64,000 nt of DNA from the human T2T-CHM13v2.0 reference genome, Homo sapiens. The stretch lies in the NCBI RefSeq assembly GCF_009914755.1, contig NC_060926.1. The stretch is one strand, 5' to 3'. Positions 18,703 through 33,801 of the stretch are shown here, one piece after another. Below the pieces are notes generated by a model. That model had not been told where the DNA came from, did not search any database, and saw only the letters and a program-made list of their open reading frames with translations. Within the stretch, counting starts at the first letter, position 1. Each line of letters begins with the position of its first letter. Both the position numbers and the translations under genes were made by a program.

Positions 18703-19394
18703 TGAAAATGCCTTTTCAAAAGTGTGACAGTTAGAGAAATCTTACATGGCTAAATCCATCTTGTCTCTAGCCTCACAAGTTGGCTGTCTTTCCTCATTCG
18801 TGAGCATGGGTCAAGCTAACTTTGAGAGAAGTTTAGTTTATAGTTTAAATCATAATAGCCTTTTCCCAAAACTAAACTGTTTTTGTAAAATTAATGAAAG
18901 TCCACCAAGTTAGGAGGGTGAGAGGGGCTTGAATCCTAAATAACTACCAGCTATTATTCCGGAGGTCTTAAAATTTGCAACTTCCCCAATTACTCTTGCA
19001 GATAACATCATCCTTGTAAAATCTGAGATTGGTCTTTTGAGATGTCTTTTCAGGTTTTTGCATTTCTGACAATCTGATGCCCCCTTCCCCATCCCAACCC
19101 ACCAATCAGTCCTGTGGTCCCCACCCAGGAACTGATTCAGCACAAGAGAACAGCTTCAATTTTCTATGATTTCATCTCTGACCCAACCAATCAGCATGCC
19201 CCCATCCTAGCACCCTGCCCACCAAACTATCTTTGAAAAACCCCTAACCTCCAAGACTTCAGAAAGATTGGTTTGAGTGATAACTTTGTCTCCCTTGTGG
19301 AGTGGCCAGCCTTGTGTCAATTAAACACTTTCTTTACGGTAATGCCATAGTCTCAGTGAGTTGAATTTGTTTGTGCAGCGGGCAGGAAGTTACA
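18703..19394 (+). mobile_element. LTR8-family solo LTR (ERV1)
   Basis: 'tgaaaatgccttttcaaaa...tccatcttgtctctagcctcacaag...agtttagtttatagttta...gggcaggaagttaca'. Confidence 0.8.
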
Positions 19395-19594
19395 CCATTA
19401 AACATTTATTGAGAATGAGGAAAATACCACTCTAAAATTATAATATAGTTTGTTAAGCACATGACCTTGCACCCAGTAGGTGCTCAATAAATATTTGCTG
19501 TAACTGATTTACTCCAAAGAGGTTATTTAGTGTACCCAGAACTTTTGAGAAACCTGCCACAATGTCCAGTCCATTGGCAAAGTGCCTCATTACA

Positions 19595-20022
19595 CCCTCC
19601 TCCCTTTTGGAATTACTGATAGAACAGACTCTTTAAGTCTGATAAGAAAGCCTGCTACCTGGAGGCTTCATCTGCATGATAAAAGCTTGGTCTCCACAAT
19701 CCCTTATTGTAACCCAGACATTCCTTTCTATTGATAATAACTCAACCAATTGCCAATGAGAAAATCTTTGAATTGGCCTGTGACTTGGAAGCCCCCGCTT
19801 CCAGTTGTTCTGCCTTTCTGGACTGAACCAATGTACATCTTACCTGTATTAATTGATGCCTTATGTCTCTCTAAAATGTACAAAACCAAGTTGTGGCCCA
19901 ACTACCTTGGGCATGTGTTCTCAGGATCTCCTGAGGGCCGTGGCATAGGCCACTGGTCGCTCATATTTGGCTCAGAATAAATATCTTCAAACATTTTACA
20001 GAGTTTGACTCTTTTCATTGAT
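19595..20022 (+). mobile_element. MER4-family LTR, 3' part
   Basis: 'tgatagaacagactctttaagtctgataag...catatttggctcagaataaatatcttcaaacattttacagagtttgactctttt'. Confidence 0.85.
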
Positions 20023-21640
20023 AGGCTCTTCTTTGTGAGGAGAGAGCAGTTTCTGCCACATAGACAAAATGGCACCCAGGCCAGGACTGGCAGCCACCAC
20101 TGGAAGCTTCCCGCTGGCAATGGCACCAACTGGTTATTAGTATAGAGACTGCCTCTATAAATGTGGGGCTTCGGTACCCTTGAGGATGGCTTTCGAACAT
20201 GAAAAGCTCACACAAAAATTACTTTATTTTTAAAAATTCATATTCAAGTTATTAAAGTTACAAAATAAAAAACCTAGTTATTAAATTTTCACATTCAGAT
20301 TATGGATTATAATATTCAGTGTAAGACTCGGGCAAATTTTAATAATCACTCTGAAAACGTCTTTGATTGCAATGTTTTATATTATTTACAAACTTGGTAA
20401 ATTAAACTCCTTTAAATATTTCAAATGCATTTATACATTAATGTATTTTCTTTTAAAAGCTGTAATTCTTTCACTAAAAAATAGACCTTCCCAAGACTTA
20501 AGTCTTACAAATTTTATAACAAATTAAACTTACGGTGAATCTTATCTTTTTTTGACTGTTACAATAACAGTCAGTTAACAGTCAAATGACAGTCAATTAA
20601 CAAACACTAAAATTTCAACCTAAAATTACACATCTAAATTATTCCTTAGTTGTATATTTTTATTAGACCCATAAGGTTAATCTGTGAAATACTCTGAAGT
20701 CCCTAATTCTCTTAAACATGATTAGTACTTAAAATACCAAATGTACATATTATTTCTAATATTTTAATTAGCTATATATCTATACATAATTATAAATCTC
20801 TATTTCTAATCTACTAAAGAAACAAATATCCTAAACAATTTTGGGCTTCCCTTCCCTGTAAATTTTAGGAGAGTTTTTCATGGACTAGAGATAGTGGCTA
20901 AGGTTTGAGAGCTAGAGCTACAGGCTCCAGGATGATTTTTCTCATGGCCCCAACTGACATTCAGAGCCTCTTTGCCTAGTCCTATATCTAAACCTTCAAG
21001 AAGGTTACATATTACCTAATTCTCCAATCTACCTGGAAAGTCTGTTGCATTTTGCATTTTTTTCAGTTCTTCAGATATTTAGATGTCTTGCTGGCAAGTC
21101 TAAAGACCTTTGGACTTCATTGACTTATTTTCCTGTGTTTCCAATCTGACGGAGTCACATTTTATACAATTTATTAAAATAATATCTGATTGAATTCTGG
21201 CTCTATCTCAAGGTTTGGTCTGACTGTGTGGTTATAATTTCCAATGACATTCTACAGACCACCTCCAGGAAAAGAAAACAAAGAGTCAGAGAATAGTACT
21301 ACAAAGACACCAGTAGGAAAAAGAGGAGTCCAAAGGCTGTATGTAATCATGCAGGATCTGAAATTTTTGTTTAATTTTCACCAAACATGAAAATTAGATC
21401 TAATGTATATCTTGGATTGGATCTTAGATGGGAGCAGAGAGCGGGGGGGTAAAGTGATGGAGGTTGAGAGATATTGGCATAAAGAACATGAGGACACTAG
21501 CAAATTCTTAATACAGATTGTATGTTAGATAGTAGTATTATAATGATGTTAAATTGTTTTAATTAGATACTTTTATTGTGCTTAATAGGAAAATGTTCTT
21601 GTTCTTAGGAAATGCACACTGAAGCATTTGGGGGTAAAAC

Positions 21641-22408
21641 TGTAGTTGCCCTTTCAGTTCTTCCTGCCCACTGCACAGACAAAACCAACACACTGAGACC
21701 ATGATATTGTGGTAAAGAAAGAGTTTAAACCTAGGTTAGCTGCATGGAAGACAGAGTTTATTACTCAAATCAGTCTCCTCAAGAACTCAGATGCTAGGTT
21801 TTTTATGGATAATTTAGTGGGCAGGGGGCTAGAGAGTAGGTGCTGCTGATTCGTTGGGGATGAAATCATAGAGGTGTGGAAAACGGCCCATGTGCACTGA
21901 GTCTGCCTCTGGGTGAGGGCCACAGCACCAGTGGAGTCATGAGTCACGGGTCTGGGTGGGGTCAGTGGGTTGCCAGAATGCAAAAATCTAAAATACATAT
22001 CAAAAGGTCAATCTTAGGTTCTACAATAGTGAAGTTATCTATAGAGGCAATTGAGGAAGTCACAAATCTTGTGACCTCTGGCCACATGACTTCTGGGAAG
22101 TAAGGGTTTATAGAAATTATGCCTACATTTTAGCAGAATTTGGGCCCCTCTCATAATCCTAATCCTGCGGCTTTTCATTAGTTTTACAAAGGTGGGTTTC
22201 GGTCCCTGAACAAGGAGTGGGTTAGTTTTAGGGAGAGACTATTATCATCTTTGCTTCAAAGTTAAATTATAAATAAAATTCTTCCTATGGTTAGCTTGGC
22301 CTATGCCCAGAAATGGGTGAGGACAGCCAGCCTGAGAGGCTAGAAGCAGGATGGAGTCAGCCATGCTAGACTTCTCTCACTGTCATCATCTTTGCAAAGG
22401 TGGTTTCA
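21641..22408 (-). mobile_element. LTR8A-like solo LTR inserted in an old L1 3' fragment
   Basis: Ends 'tttgcaaaggtggtttca', the reverse complement of the LTR8 start; homologous to 18703-19394. Confidence 0.8.
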
Positions 22409-22913
22409 AAAGAGCATTATGCACAACTCTCAAGTGGTTCAGGAAAAATGATGCATACATATGGAAATAGTGGTGAAGCAAATGTGGCAAAACATTAATA
22501 GTTGCTCAGTTTATACAATTTATAGAACTGACCGAGAGGATAAGAGCTAATTTTTATTTCTCCACTATTGTGTTAAAGATAACTCTCTAGCAGGGTAAGT
22601 CAAACAAATATTTGAATGAAGCATTAATGATTCTATCACCTGAATACCAGACATCAGCTAGAATCCCCATCTAGAGGTTTTCAACTTTTTTTTTTGTAAC
22701 CCCTAATGTACAATATTAGGACTCAGCACAAATTTACACAGAGAGAAGTGGCAGAAAGCTCATAATTCCCAGGCCTTCATCTATCCACAGAGAGGCTTGC
22801 AATGGTGGCACAGCTGGACCACATACCCTGGGTCAGTTTCCAGCAGAGAATCTTCTCCCTTTCCCCAGCCCCTCCAAGCTCAATCCTCTATCTGTTTATA
22901 GGGACAAGGGTCA

Positions 22914-23337
<424 letters not shown>

Positions 23338-23429
23338 TTAATCGCAGTCTGCTTTTCCACCAAGTTAATTCAGACCTGCTGAGCCTATTGTCTCCTCAGT
23401 TACCAAAATTGGAAAGAAGTCAGTCTCCA

Positions 23430-23850
23430 GGGCTGTCTGGATTTCTCTTTGCTCACATAATGCACAGCTAAAGGCTGTGTTTTCTGATACCATTTGTATC
23501 TTGGTGTAGCCATACAACTGAGCTGAAGTGATTGATTTTGAGCAGAAGTGACATTTACCCCCTGATGTCTTTCAAAGGAAGCTGCTTGCCCCCATCTTGG
23601 TTTCTATTCCTATGCATACAATGGAATAGAGATGCGGTGACCATGAGCTAGCTTCAACTAAGCGGATGAGGACAATACCCAGAAGAAAGAGGAGCAAGCA
23701 GATAGAAAGGACCTGGGTGTCTGCATGGCTGCATGAAACAGAGATGCTTACAAGCTCAGACTCGCATGGAAGTGAAATTAATCTATCATTATCTAAGTCT
23801 CCACTATTGGGTCTCTGTTAAAGCATTAAATCAATATCCTAACTGATATG
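23430..23850 (+). mobile_element. Old MaLR LTR (MLT1J/K-like)
   Basis: 'gcaagcagatagaaaggacctgggtg...tgggtctctgtta...cctaactgata'. Confidence 0.5.
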
Positions 23851-23936
23851 ATACATGTACACATTACTGAAAGAAAAGTTTCATAAAAAATTATCTATTC
23901 TCGTAATTTGAAATGCCTCTGACATTTTCTATTCTA

Positions 23937-24262
<326 letters not shown>

Positions 24263-24268
24263 TGCTGA

Positions 24269-24598
<330 letters not shown>

Positions 24599-24639
24599 TA
24601 AATTGATTTCATTACCCACTAATGAGTGTAAAGACCATG

Positions 24640-24718
24640 AAGTTGAGTGACATAAAATTGCTGGTTTTATATTTTAGAAATACTCAAATATTGACAATTT
24701 CACACAGTTGAATCAAAT
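24640..24718. mobile_element. MADE2-like mariner MITE (degenerate)
   Basis: ~80 bp with imperfect terminal inverted repeats 'aaattgc...caatttc'. Confidence 0.5.
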
Positions 24719-24849
24719 CAATGTCTATGAATCAGACAAATAGCTCTTGCATTCTACAAGTTTATAGTCTCAACTGGACAATAACAACAAGTTAATGAAT
24801 GTGTCCACATAAGTGATTCAACAATTCCTAGGCAGTGGACCTATATGTG

Positions 24850-25630
24850 TCATGTATACTTACACATACAGACTGGTGTGCACACACAGGGGAAGAAGTT
24901 TGTTGGTATAAGAGTGTTCATTATCCAGAGGTTGCTTGGTAAAGCAAAAGTAATCAAAACCTGGAAATAGTCACTAATACAGTGACCACTTATAAAATTA
25001 GTTCCTATTCCAAACAGCCTTCCTTTTGTACTAATAATGCCTAACCTTTCTTGGTCAGTATCTCACATGTTGTTAGATACAGATTTGACAATACATTGCA
25101 AATATGATGGAAATCAATGGCAAAGTGAAGTGGCAATCTTATAGATGATACAAAACTCCATCAACTGAAATAAAATGAAAAACAACTACCTGAAACACAA
25201 GCAAAGCCACTGTTAAAGCAAGTAGCAATTGATACAATCCACAAAGATAGTAACAAAATAAGCCTTTTAAAATATAACAGAAATCCTTGGAATACTACTG
25301 AGGAATAAAAAGAAATGAGCTACAAAAGCTCAACAACATAGATATATCTCACATACATTATGCTCAGTGAATGAAGCCTAACACAAGAAAGCTATATTTT
25401 GCATGAATCCATTTATTTGCAATTTGCAATTCAAGAATAGGAAAAATTAACCTATGGTGATAGGAATCAGATCAATGATTGCTTGGTGCTGACTGAGAAG
25501 GTGCAACAAGAAGCTTCCTGGAATGATGGAAGTGTTCTGTCTCAATATGAATTCCTGAAAACCGATTGAATGGTATATTTAAGATCTGAGCATTTCACTG
25601 TATATAAATTATATCTCAATTAAAATTTTG
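24850..25630 (+). mobile_element. Old L1ME-like 3' fragments
   Basis: 'ttatgctcagtgaatgaagcc...ttaacctatggtgataggaatcag...catttcactgtatataaattatatctcaatt'. Confidence 0.65.
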
Positions 25631-25979
25631 TTTATTTTTAGCATATACCAAGAGAGAAAGAGAAGTACTTAGAAAAATTGATAAAACTTCAAATATTTTT
25701 GCAAAAGATAACCCTTTTTCATGGTTATACTGTGAAAGTCGAACAGAAATTGGTCTAAGTTATATCACACCATCAAACAATTTTCTGACAAAAATTTTGT
25801 CAGGAACACACTCTTCCAAATAAGAAACACTTGGTTCATTCTTTGCTCTAATAATTACAATAATTATAATTATAAATGACATTTTATGAAATGTATATTA
25901 AGATACACTTAAAATTTTTCTCTTTTTAAAGATAAATTCTCAATCAAATTTTGATGCTTATCTTAAGTAGATTCAACTT

Positions 25980-26460
25980 AGATTCGGGTATTCAACAAAT
26001 ATTTATTGAGAGCTTACAATGTACCAGGCATTGTTCTAAATGCTTGCGATGTATCAGTGAACAAAACAGACAAGGAGCCCTGCCAGTGTGGAGCATACAT
26101 TCTCACAGGGGAACAAACAACATACATTCTCACAGGAGAAACAAACAACATAAAATAGTTGTGTAAAATAAGAAAACAGAGGGGAATGAGAGGGATGGGA
26201 GTGTGATGTGGGCAGGCACTGAGATTTCAGGAATGGCTTGAGTGAAATGAGGTTAGGAAAGTGACTGTCTGGGGGAGGCATATTCTAGGCAGGGGGAACA
26301 GCTAGAGCCAAAGCCCTGAGATGAGAGTGTGCTTGGCATGTTCAAGAAATAGAAAGGAGGCCAGCATGGCTGGAGCAGGGAGAGCTTCCAGGGCAAACAG
26401 GAGAAGGGTCCGAGAGGGACCAGAGGCCACATTATGTGAGGATTTTTTGGCCTTTTCCAG
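25980..26460 (-). mobile_element. L2
   Basis: 'ttcaacaaatatttattgagagcttacaatgtaccaggcattgttcta' and 'gaaggaggccagcatggctggagcag'. Confidence 0.85.
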
Positions 26461-26505
26461 GTATGAGTTCCTCAAACTTCCTATCCAATTAGCCTTGGGA
26501 GATGG

Positions 26506-26545
26506 GTGTGTGTGTGCGTGTGTGGGCGCACGTGTGCATGTGTGC
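26506..26545 (+). repeat. (TG/CG)n alternating purine-pyrimidine tract
   Basis: gtgtgtgtgtgcgtgtgtgggcgcacgtgtgcatgtgtgc. Confidence 0.85.
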
Positions 26546-26569
26546 AAATCCCTTTCCCTTCTCGTTAGA

Positions 26570-27300
26570 TACATTACCTTGATGTCCTGCAGTCACCTCA
26601 AAGCAATGTGTGTGAAACAGAATTCTCCAACATTAAGGACTGTCCTTCCTTCTCTACTTTCCCTCTCTGTTAAGAGCATAAACTTCTACCTAACTAAACA
26701 AGCTAGAATCTTTCTTCTCTCTCACTCCCCAGAGTCCTGCCAATTCTTCCTGCACCTGACTCCTGAACTCACCTGCTCTTCCCCATCCCCACTGCCTCTG
26801 CCACTGTCATCTCCTGCCTGGTCTCCTGCCACAACGTTTTACAGCCATCTGCCCCCAGTTTCTCCCATCTCAGCTGTCAGACTAACCTCTCCCAAACCTC
26901 AGTTTGATTCCATAACTCCTCTGCTTAAAATCCTTTGTGGCTCCTCATGGCCATGAGACAAAGCCCTCACTCATTAGGGTGGCTCCCAGGCCCTTCTCCA
27001 TCTGACTCCTGACCACCTTTGTGGTCTCATCTCCATCATCCCAGACACCAGCCACCCTAGACAATCACCATCTCGGGGAAACACTTTGCATTTTTATGCC
27101 TTCGTGGATGCTATTTCTAAATCTTGAAAACCCCCCTAACCCCTGTGATCATTTGTGCATCCTTCAAGATCAGGCTCAAGGGAGTGACACTGTGACTCCA
27201 TCCCCTCCCCTGACCTTCCTAGCCAGTTAGTCCACGCCACCAGCACACTTGCACATGCCTCTGTTCTTGCCCTTACTATTGTGAGTGTAACCACATTTCA
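26570..27300 (+). mobile_element. L2 (degenerate)
   Basis: 'ataactcctctgcttaaaatcctttgtggctcc', 'ccttcaagatcaggctcaag'. Confidence 0.7.
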
Positions 27301-29476
27301 CCACTGTATGCCCTCCCCTGCTAATACAGGCCTCAAGCCTTTGCTGCCTCCCTGCGTGTTCCTATTACACCACACCCATATTTCTAGCACTCCCCAGGAG
27401 CTCAAACCAAGCTCAAGTCCAGCTGATGCCACTGAGGGTCTGAGGTTTGTTTTATTCCACTTTTCCTGCTGCAATGAGTACAATCCTTCCATGAGCACAA
27501 TCATGTACGTGTGGGGTGGCAGAATTGGGACTTGAACAAATTCCCACGTCTTGAGTTCTACTCTCAAGATGCAGATGTAGATCTATATTTATGTATGCAT
27601 TTATGTATATTCAAAGTTAAAAAAACTCTTGATACATATGCTGCATAGATATGTATAAATATATATTAATGTATTCTAGAGGGATTCTATAGCTTACATG
27701 TGTGTATACCCACATATATAAAAGGAAAGTTCCATCCTTAGAAGGTTGTTTATATATGATAACACTTCTGCCAATAGATATTTACATTGTTATCACTGCA
27801 TTAATATGTAACTACATATTTATTGCCATATGAATATACCATAATTTTGGGATCTCAGTCACTACTACTAATCAGTGACTACTAATATATCTAGATACAT
27901 AAGTATAATTTTAGAGTTCCAGTAATAACTAGTAATCTAAAAATTGCCAATCATTCTATCTCTAGACACCCAGTATCCAAAGGAAAATTTGCTTTTCAAA
28001 CAAATGGTGTTTCTGTCTCCCCAGTGGAACAGAAATTTCTCTCATTGTCTCAGCAGACTCAGATCCCCTGTTCAGCTCCTTTCTTTGAAGGGATGACAGC
28101 CGTGCTCACTAGTGGGGAGATCTTTTGCTTATTTCCCCTGGGGTCCTAAGAGATAAGAGGTCATGCCAGTGCTGGGCCAGTTTCCTGCAAGGCTCCACAG
28201 TATCCAGGAGGGGCCTCCGGGAGGAGGGCAGCGGCCTGAGGCACCTCCTCACACCTCCACTTCTGCTGTTGTCAGAGAGCTTCCTGGCTTCCTTTTGTGA
28301 TCAGCTGGTCCTGGAAAGGCTGCAGCAGATGGCTGATTACCATAATGCGCAGAGCTTTAGAGGGTCCTGGGTGCAAACCCAGGCGTGACCAAGCCAAGAG
28401 CAGCTGCATCTAATGTGGCATGTGGAGCCAACATTAGGCTTTACCCACACACCCATTCCGACCTTTCCAATGAGAAGCCGATGGCGCAGTTCAGAACAGA
28501 TGGCCAAGAGAAACACTAGGGAAAAGCCCTCCCAACCAGCTGTAGTGTCCCTTTTCCAGCCTCCTAACCTAACAGCTTCAGAGCTGACATGAAGCTCATT
28601 ATCTCCATTGTGTCTTTCTCCATGGCGTTTATTCTCAGGGCAAGCACAAGCCCTGATAGTTCCATTCTTAGCAGTCCTAGCTATTGGGAAACTTGGTTTC
28701 TAAACCAAACAATGCTTGCAGCGGGCAAAAGTCTGCCACACCCTACCTGGCACCTGACCTTGGCAATCATCTCTCTCCACAGGTAAACTCCAGGACCCCC
28801 ACCAGCTGAATTGGCCCTCCTGGTTGTCACTAAAATGACTTTGAACTTGGAGGGATGAAAGAAGCTCTTGCCCATACTCAGGATTTAACATCAAATCATA
28901 TTAGCTGCTCAGCTGGTGTTTAGAGCTGAAAAAGAAATATATTATTGTAGCAGAGTAAATAATTGTTTTTAGAAAATCAGGATTCCTTTTAAAGACGAAA
29001 CCAAATTTTTGCTTAGGATAACCCCTTGATATTTGTCAGTGGGTGGTCTGGATAAAATTACAAAGAAGGCCCACATACTATAGTTATAAGTATTTAAATG
29101 TATAAATAAGTTAACAAACGGTTAAAATTCTTAACAACCTCAAAGGCCAGGTTTGAATTTCAACTGCATGAACTCCTCAGAGTTCTGAGTCAGAACATGG
29201 TGTCCTGCGGGGAGCTCCTGGCCCTGGAATCCCCGCCTCCCTGCTTTCTTCCCCAATTCCAACCCACACAGAGGGAGCCTCTTGCACACATGTGAGGACA
29301 CCCCGTCCTTCACAGCCAAGCTCTGAACACACTTCTGCCCACTGCAGCCACTTGGCTTAGGAGGCTGCACACAGGCACCAAGGATTGGGAAAGAGGGTAG
29401 ACCAGGCCCTGGCAGTAGGCCCAGACCATTCTAGCAGGAAAGTGTGGGGTCCTAGGTACCTGGAATGTGGTCTAGA

Positions 29477-29672
29477 ACAGGGATCAGAAACTACAGTCCC
29501 TGGGCCAAATCTGGCCCATTGCCTATTCTTATCAGTAAAGTTGTATTGGAAGATAGCCATGCCCATTTATTTTTATATTGTCTAGGGCTGTTTTCATAGT
29601 ATAATGGGATAATTAAATAATTGCAATAGAGACCGTAGGGCCACAAAGCTTAAAATATTACTCTCTGGTCTA
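29477..29672 (+). mobile_element. MER58A-like
   Basis: 'cagggatcagaaactacag...gggccaaatctggccc...agagaccgtagggccacaaagcttaaaatatt'. Confidence 0.8.
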
Positions 29673-30087
29673 GAAGGTGGGGAGGAAGGTAAGCTCTGGG
29701 CAGGCAAACTCAAAGCATCCTTGGCCAGCTGGACACCTCAGCATATAGGCATGGGCACAGCTGGAGGACAGTCAGAGCAGCCTCCTCTAGAGCACAGTGC
29801 CCAGAGCTAGGTAGGGCCCCTCTTCTCTGGGTCTAAGGGTAGTACTGCTTCTGGATGAGCCTCTTGTGGTGGAAAAGTGCCTCAAACCTGGAAGGCATGA
29901 GAAATTAATAGCAATTTTGTTGTTAGCAGAGAAGGGAGGGGATTGAGCATCATGCCAGAGTAGTAAAGAACTTTTAAAAACAAGAATAACATATTCTTAC
30001 CATGAGTTACATGCACTGCTGCAATGTAATCCCTTTGTCACCCCAAGTCTTCAGTAAGGTCTGCTATAAACACAATAGCTTTGTACC

Positions 30088-30384
30088 GGCCAGGCGAGGT
30101 GGCTCATGCCTGTAATCCCAGCACTCTGAGTGGCTGAGGTGGGCAGATCACCTAAGGTCAGGAGTTCAAGACCAGCCTGGCCAATATGGCAAAACTCCAT
30201 CTCTACTAAAAATACAAATATTAGCCAGGCATGGTGGTGCATGCCTGTAATCCCCACTACTCGGGAGACTGAGGCAAGAGAATGGCTTGAACCTGAGAGG
30301 CAGAGGTTACAGTGAGCCGAGATTGCACCACTGCACTTCAGCCTGGATGACAGAAGAAGACTCCGTCTCAAAAAAAAAAAAAAA
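30088..30384 (+). mobile_element. Alu (S-type)
   Basis: Dimer, TSD aatagctttgtac. Confidence 0.96.
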
Positions 30385-30982
30385 ATAGCTTTGTACAACT
30401 CAGTGGTGGTAGGTAGGTGATAGGAACCAAGGATGGGGGCTGGTTGCAAGTCTTACAGTAACAGAGGCAGTATGTCTGGAGTGGCAAAATAATGCCCAAC
30501 AATTAATTCTGCAGAGGCAGAAAATGGGAACTAAAATTGACTATGAATTTGCCCTTGGGATTTTACCAGAAAAATTGAGGAAGACACTGAACTTTAAGCA
30601 AATTGAGGAATGAGTCAATCTTGTGCAGCTGTAAAGGGCAGGGTGACTGCAGTAACATTATAGCATACATTTTAATACCTAGATATTAAAAAATACACCT
30701 TTCTAAAACATGTCTAAAATATGTCTATTTGACATATTAAAAGTACAAATCCTTTTAAAAATATGTAATCTGTATCTAACAACTGGACCTCCAGTTTATT
30801 CTCCCAGAGTTTGATCCTTGCTTTGGGGACCCATCCAAAACTCTGATCCTCTCCATCCAAGGACCTTCCTGGCTCTTTCCAGACCAAGATCCTGCTACAA
30901 GATGGTAATTTCAGAGGTGACACAGCTACCTGCTCCCTGGCTCCTGACCATCATCGGTCCCTGGATTGCCCTGGCTGTATTT

Positions 30983-31290
30983 GACTAGGATCCATGTCTC
31001 ATACCATCATTTCTCCAGTAGCTCACACAGTCCCTAGCAGATAATGCACTTAATAAGCGTTAAATGAACTGACTTGAACAGAATTCACTCCTCCCCGCTT
31101 ATAATAATACAACACAATTCCAGTCTGGTCTAGCTGTGTCTGCTTTCTTAGAGGCCTTCTTCTGGCCCCCAGCCTGCCTCACTTTGCATATCTCCTGCTG
31201 TCAACACTTCCTGCTTAAAGGGCTCCATCCAAAGAGTTAACTGGACCCTATTATTCACCCAGAATAAAGCCTGCATTTATCATGTCCCTC
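30983..31290 (+). repeat. Ancient local duplication, copy A (paralogue of 42779-43080)
   Basis: Collinear similarity including a 32-bp identical block (31167-31198 = 42965-42996). Confidence 0.9.
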
Positions 31291-31500
31291 CGGACTCCAC
31301 CCCTTTAGGCTGTGCACCTGTCTCAGGGCCAGGGGTTTCCTGGAGCACCGCAGCCCATTCCCTGTTTTCTACCACTCTGTCACAGTGAGCTATTCTTTGC
31401 GGTGGACTTCTTTCCCACCGGGCAGTGGTCGGCTCCCTGGCATTTACTTCCCCTGATGCTGGTGCTCATCCAGTTTTAGTTTTAGGCTGGCTCCAGGCTA

Positions 31501-32012
<512 letters not shown>

Positions 32013-32329
32013 TCATATGTGACAAAACAATCACTCATGATTACTTACATAGTTGTATGCTAAGATCCTTCCCAATCAAATTTATTATTTCTTAAAAATC
32101 TAACATCCATTTTATCACAAGAATCTAAAAGTATTGGTGTTCTTCATTGCACAAAATGAATTTCATCTGGTCTCTACTTCTAGACCTTCCAACTTCTTGA
32201 AAAGTCTCATGGAATGCCATCAACTTGTTCATATTTTTAGGGGTCTAAACTGGACACTGACCAAATTGTCAAACCTAAATGCTATGTGTGGAGTGAAAAA
32301 AAAAAAAATTGTTTCACACCAAAAGTGTG

Positions 32330-32467
32330 TTTAATTGCTTTACCTTAGGGTGATTGGAATTTCAGTACATAAGCATAACTTTTATGCAATCTTGGTTGCA
32401 TATTTAAATGTTTGTGAAGGTTTTTTAAAAATACAAATTCTGAGGCCCCATCCTAGGAAAATTGAAT
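32330..32467 (+). repeat. 138-bp direct duplication, copy 1 (includes part of a MER5-like element)
   Basis: Matches 33802-33939 with 7 substitutions and no indels. Confidence 0.95.
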
Positions 32468-33399
32468 AAGAACCTCTAAGAGTAGGGCCTGGGCATTTGA
32501 TTTTTAAAAGCTCCACAGTAGATCTCGATGGGCAGGTAAAATACAAATAGGCGAAAAGAAAAACATATGGATACACAACTTTAGTCATGGCATTCAGCTT
32601 TACTTACCTTAAAAATTAAGTCATGCTTTCCCCCTCAGCTTCTTAGTGAGTCACACCAAAATCAGTCAGTTGTTCTCTTTTTGTTCCTGGTTTTTGACCA
32701 AAGCAAGGTCCTTTCTGGCTTATCTCAGGTAAAACCTCTGAGTTAAAATGGAAACTGCTCACTTCCTACATCACATTGTTGTGTAGCTGTGAAATGATTT
32801 TAAACATTTACATAGTTTTCTATGTGAGTGACATATGTTTTACCGTGATAAAAACATGGAGTATAATCCCCACCCCTTTAAGAATGTTATATCATACCTT
32901 ATCAGACCACATATGTGAGCTATTGGCTTCAACAACTAGACTCCAAAACACATATAAACCCAAGATTTTGACAGACACATTGAGAGCTTAGGCTGTGTCA
33001 GGGCTACTCTCTGCCAGTCTTGAGCTTGTCACCGAAGCCTGGCCTGCCAAACCTGGCACCACTCTCTAGTGTCCAGGAACCCTGTGATTAGTCATGGATC
33101 TCTGCTGTGTTGGTCGAGCTGTGTGTCTCTTCCAAGAACCTCTCATAGAAACCTCCTCAAACTTCCATCAGACTTGACATCCACAGAGGCTTGCTTCCAT
33201 CTTAATTGAGCAACTAGACTTTAATAATGAATGACGCACTCACTATGTGGTCAATGTACCTCATCCATTGGTACAAATTCCTGTGAGATTTGTTCTCATT
33301 ATCCTCCCCCTCTTCAAGCATTGTGAAAATAAATTTAAAATATCTTTGTATAGCAATAAACTGTGTGATTTATGAAATCATACATTCTTTATCTCCTTA

Positions 33400-33740
<341 letters not shown>

Positions 33741-33801
33741 TGAGCTTTTTCTCCTCCCTAATCCTATTCCCTTTATCCTCATTGGGTAAAAGACAAGGTC
33801 T

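Noticed and set aside
26321-26956. Longest ORF, 211 aa
   Set aside because: It spans two oppositely oriented L2 fragments and a TG repeat, and has no protein family resemblance.
28589-28786. 65-aa ORF with a signal-peptide-like start (MKLIISIVSFSMAFIL...) ending near cag|gtaaac
   Set aside because: No recognisable family, promoter or downstream exon; hydrophobic starts are common by chance.
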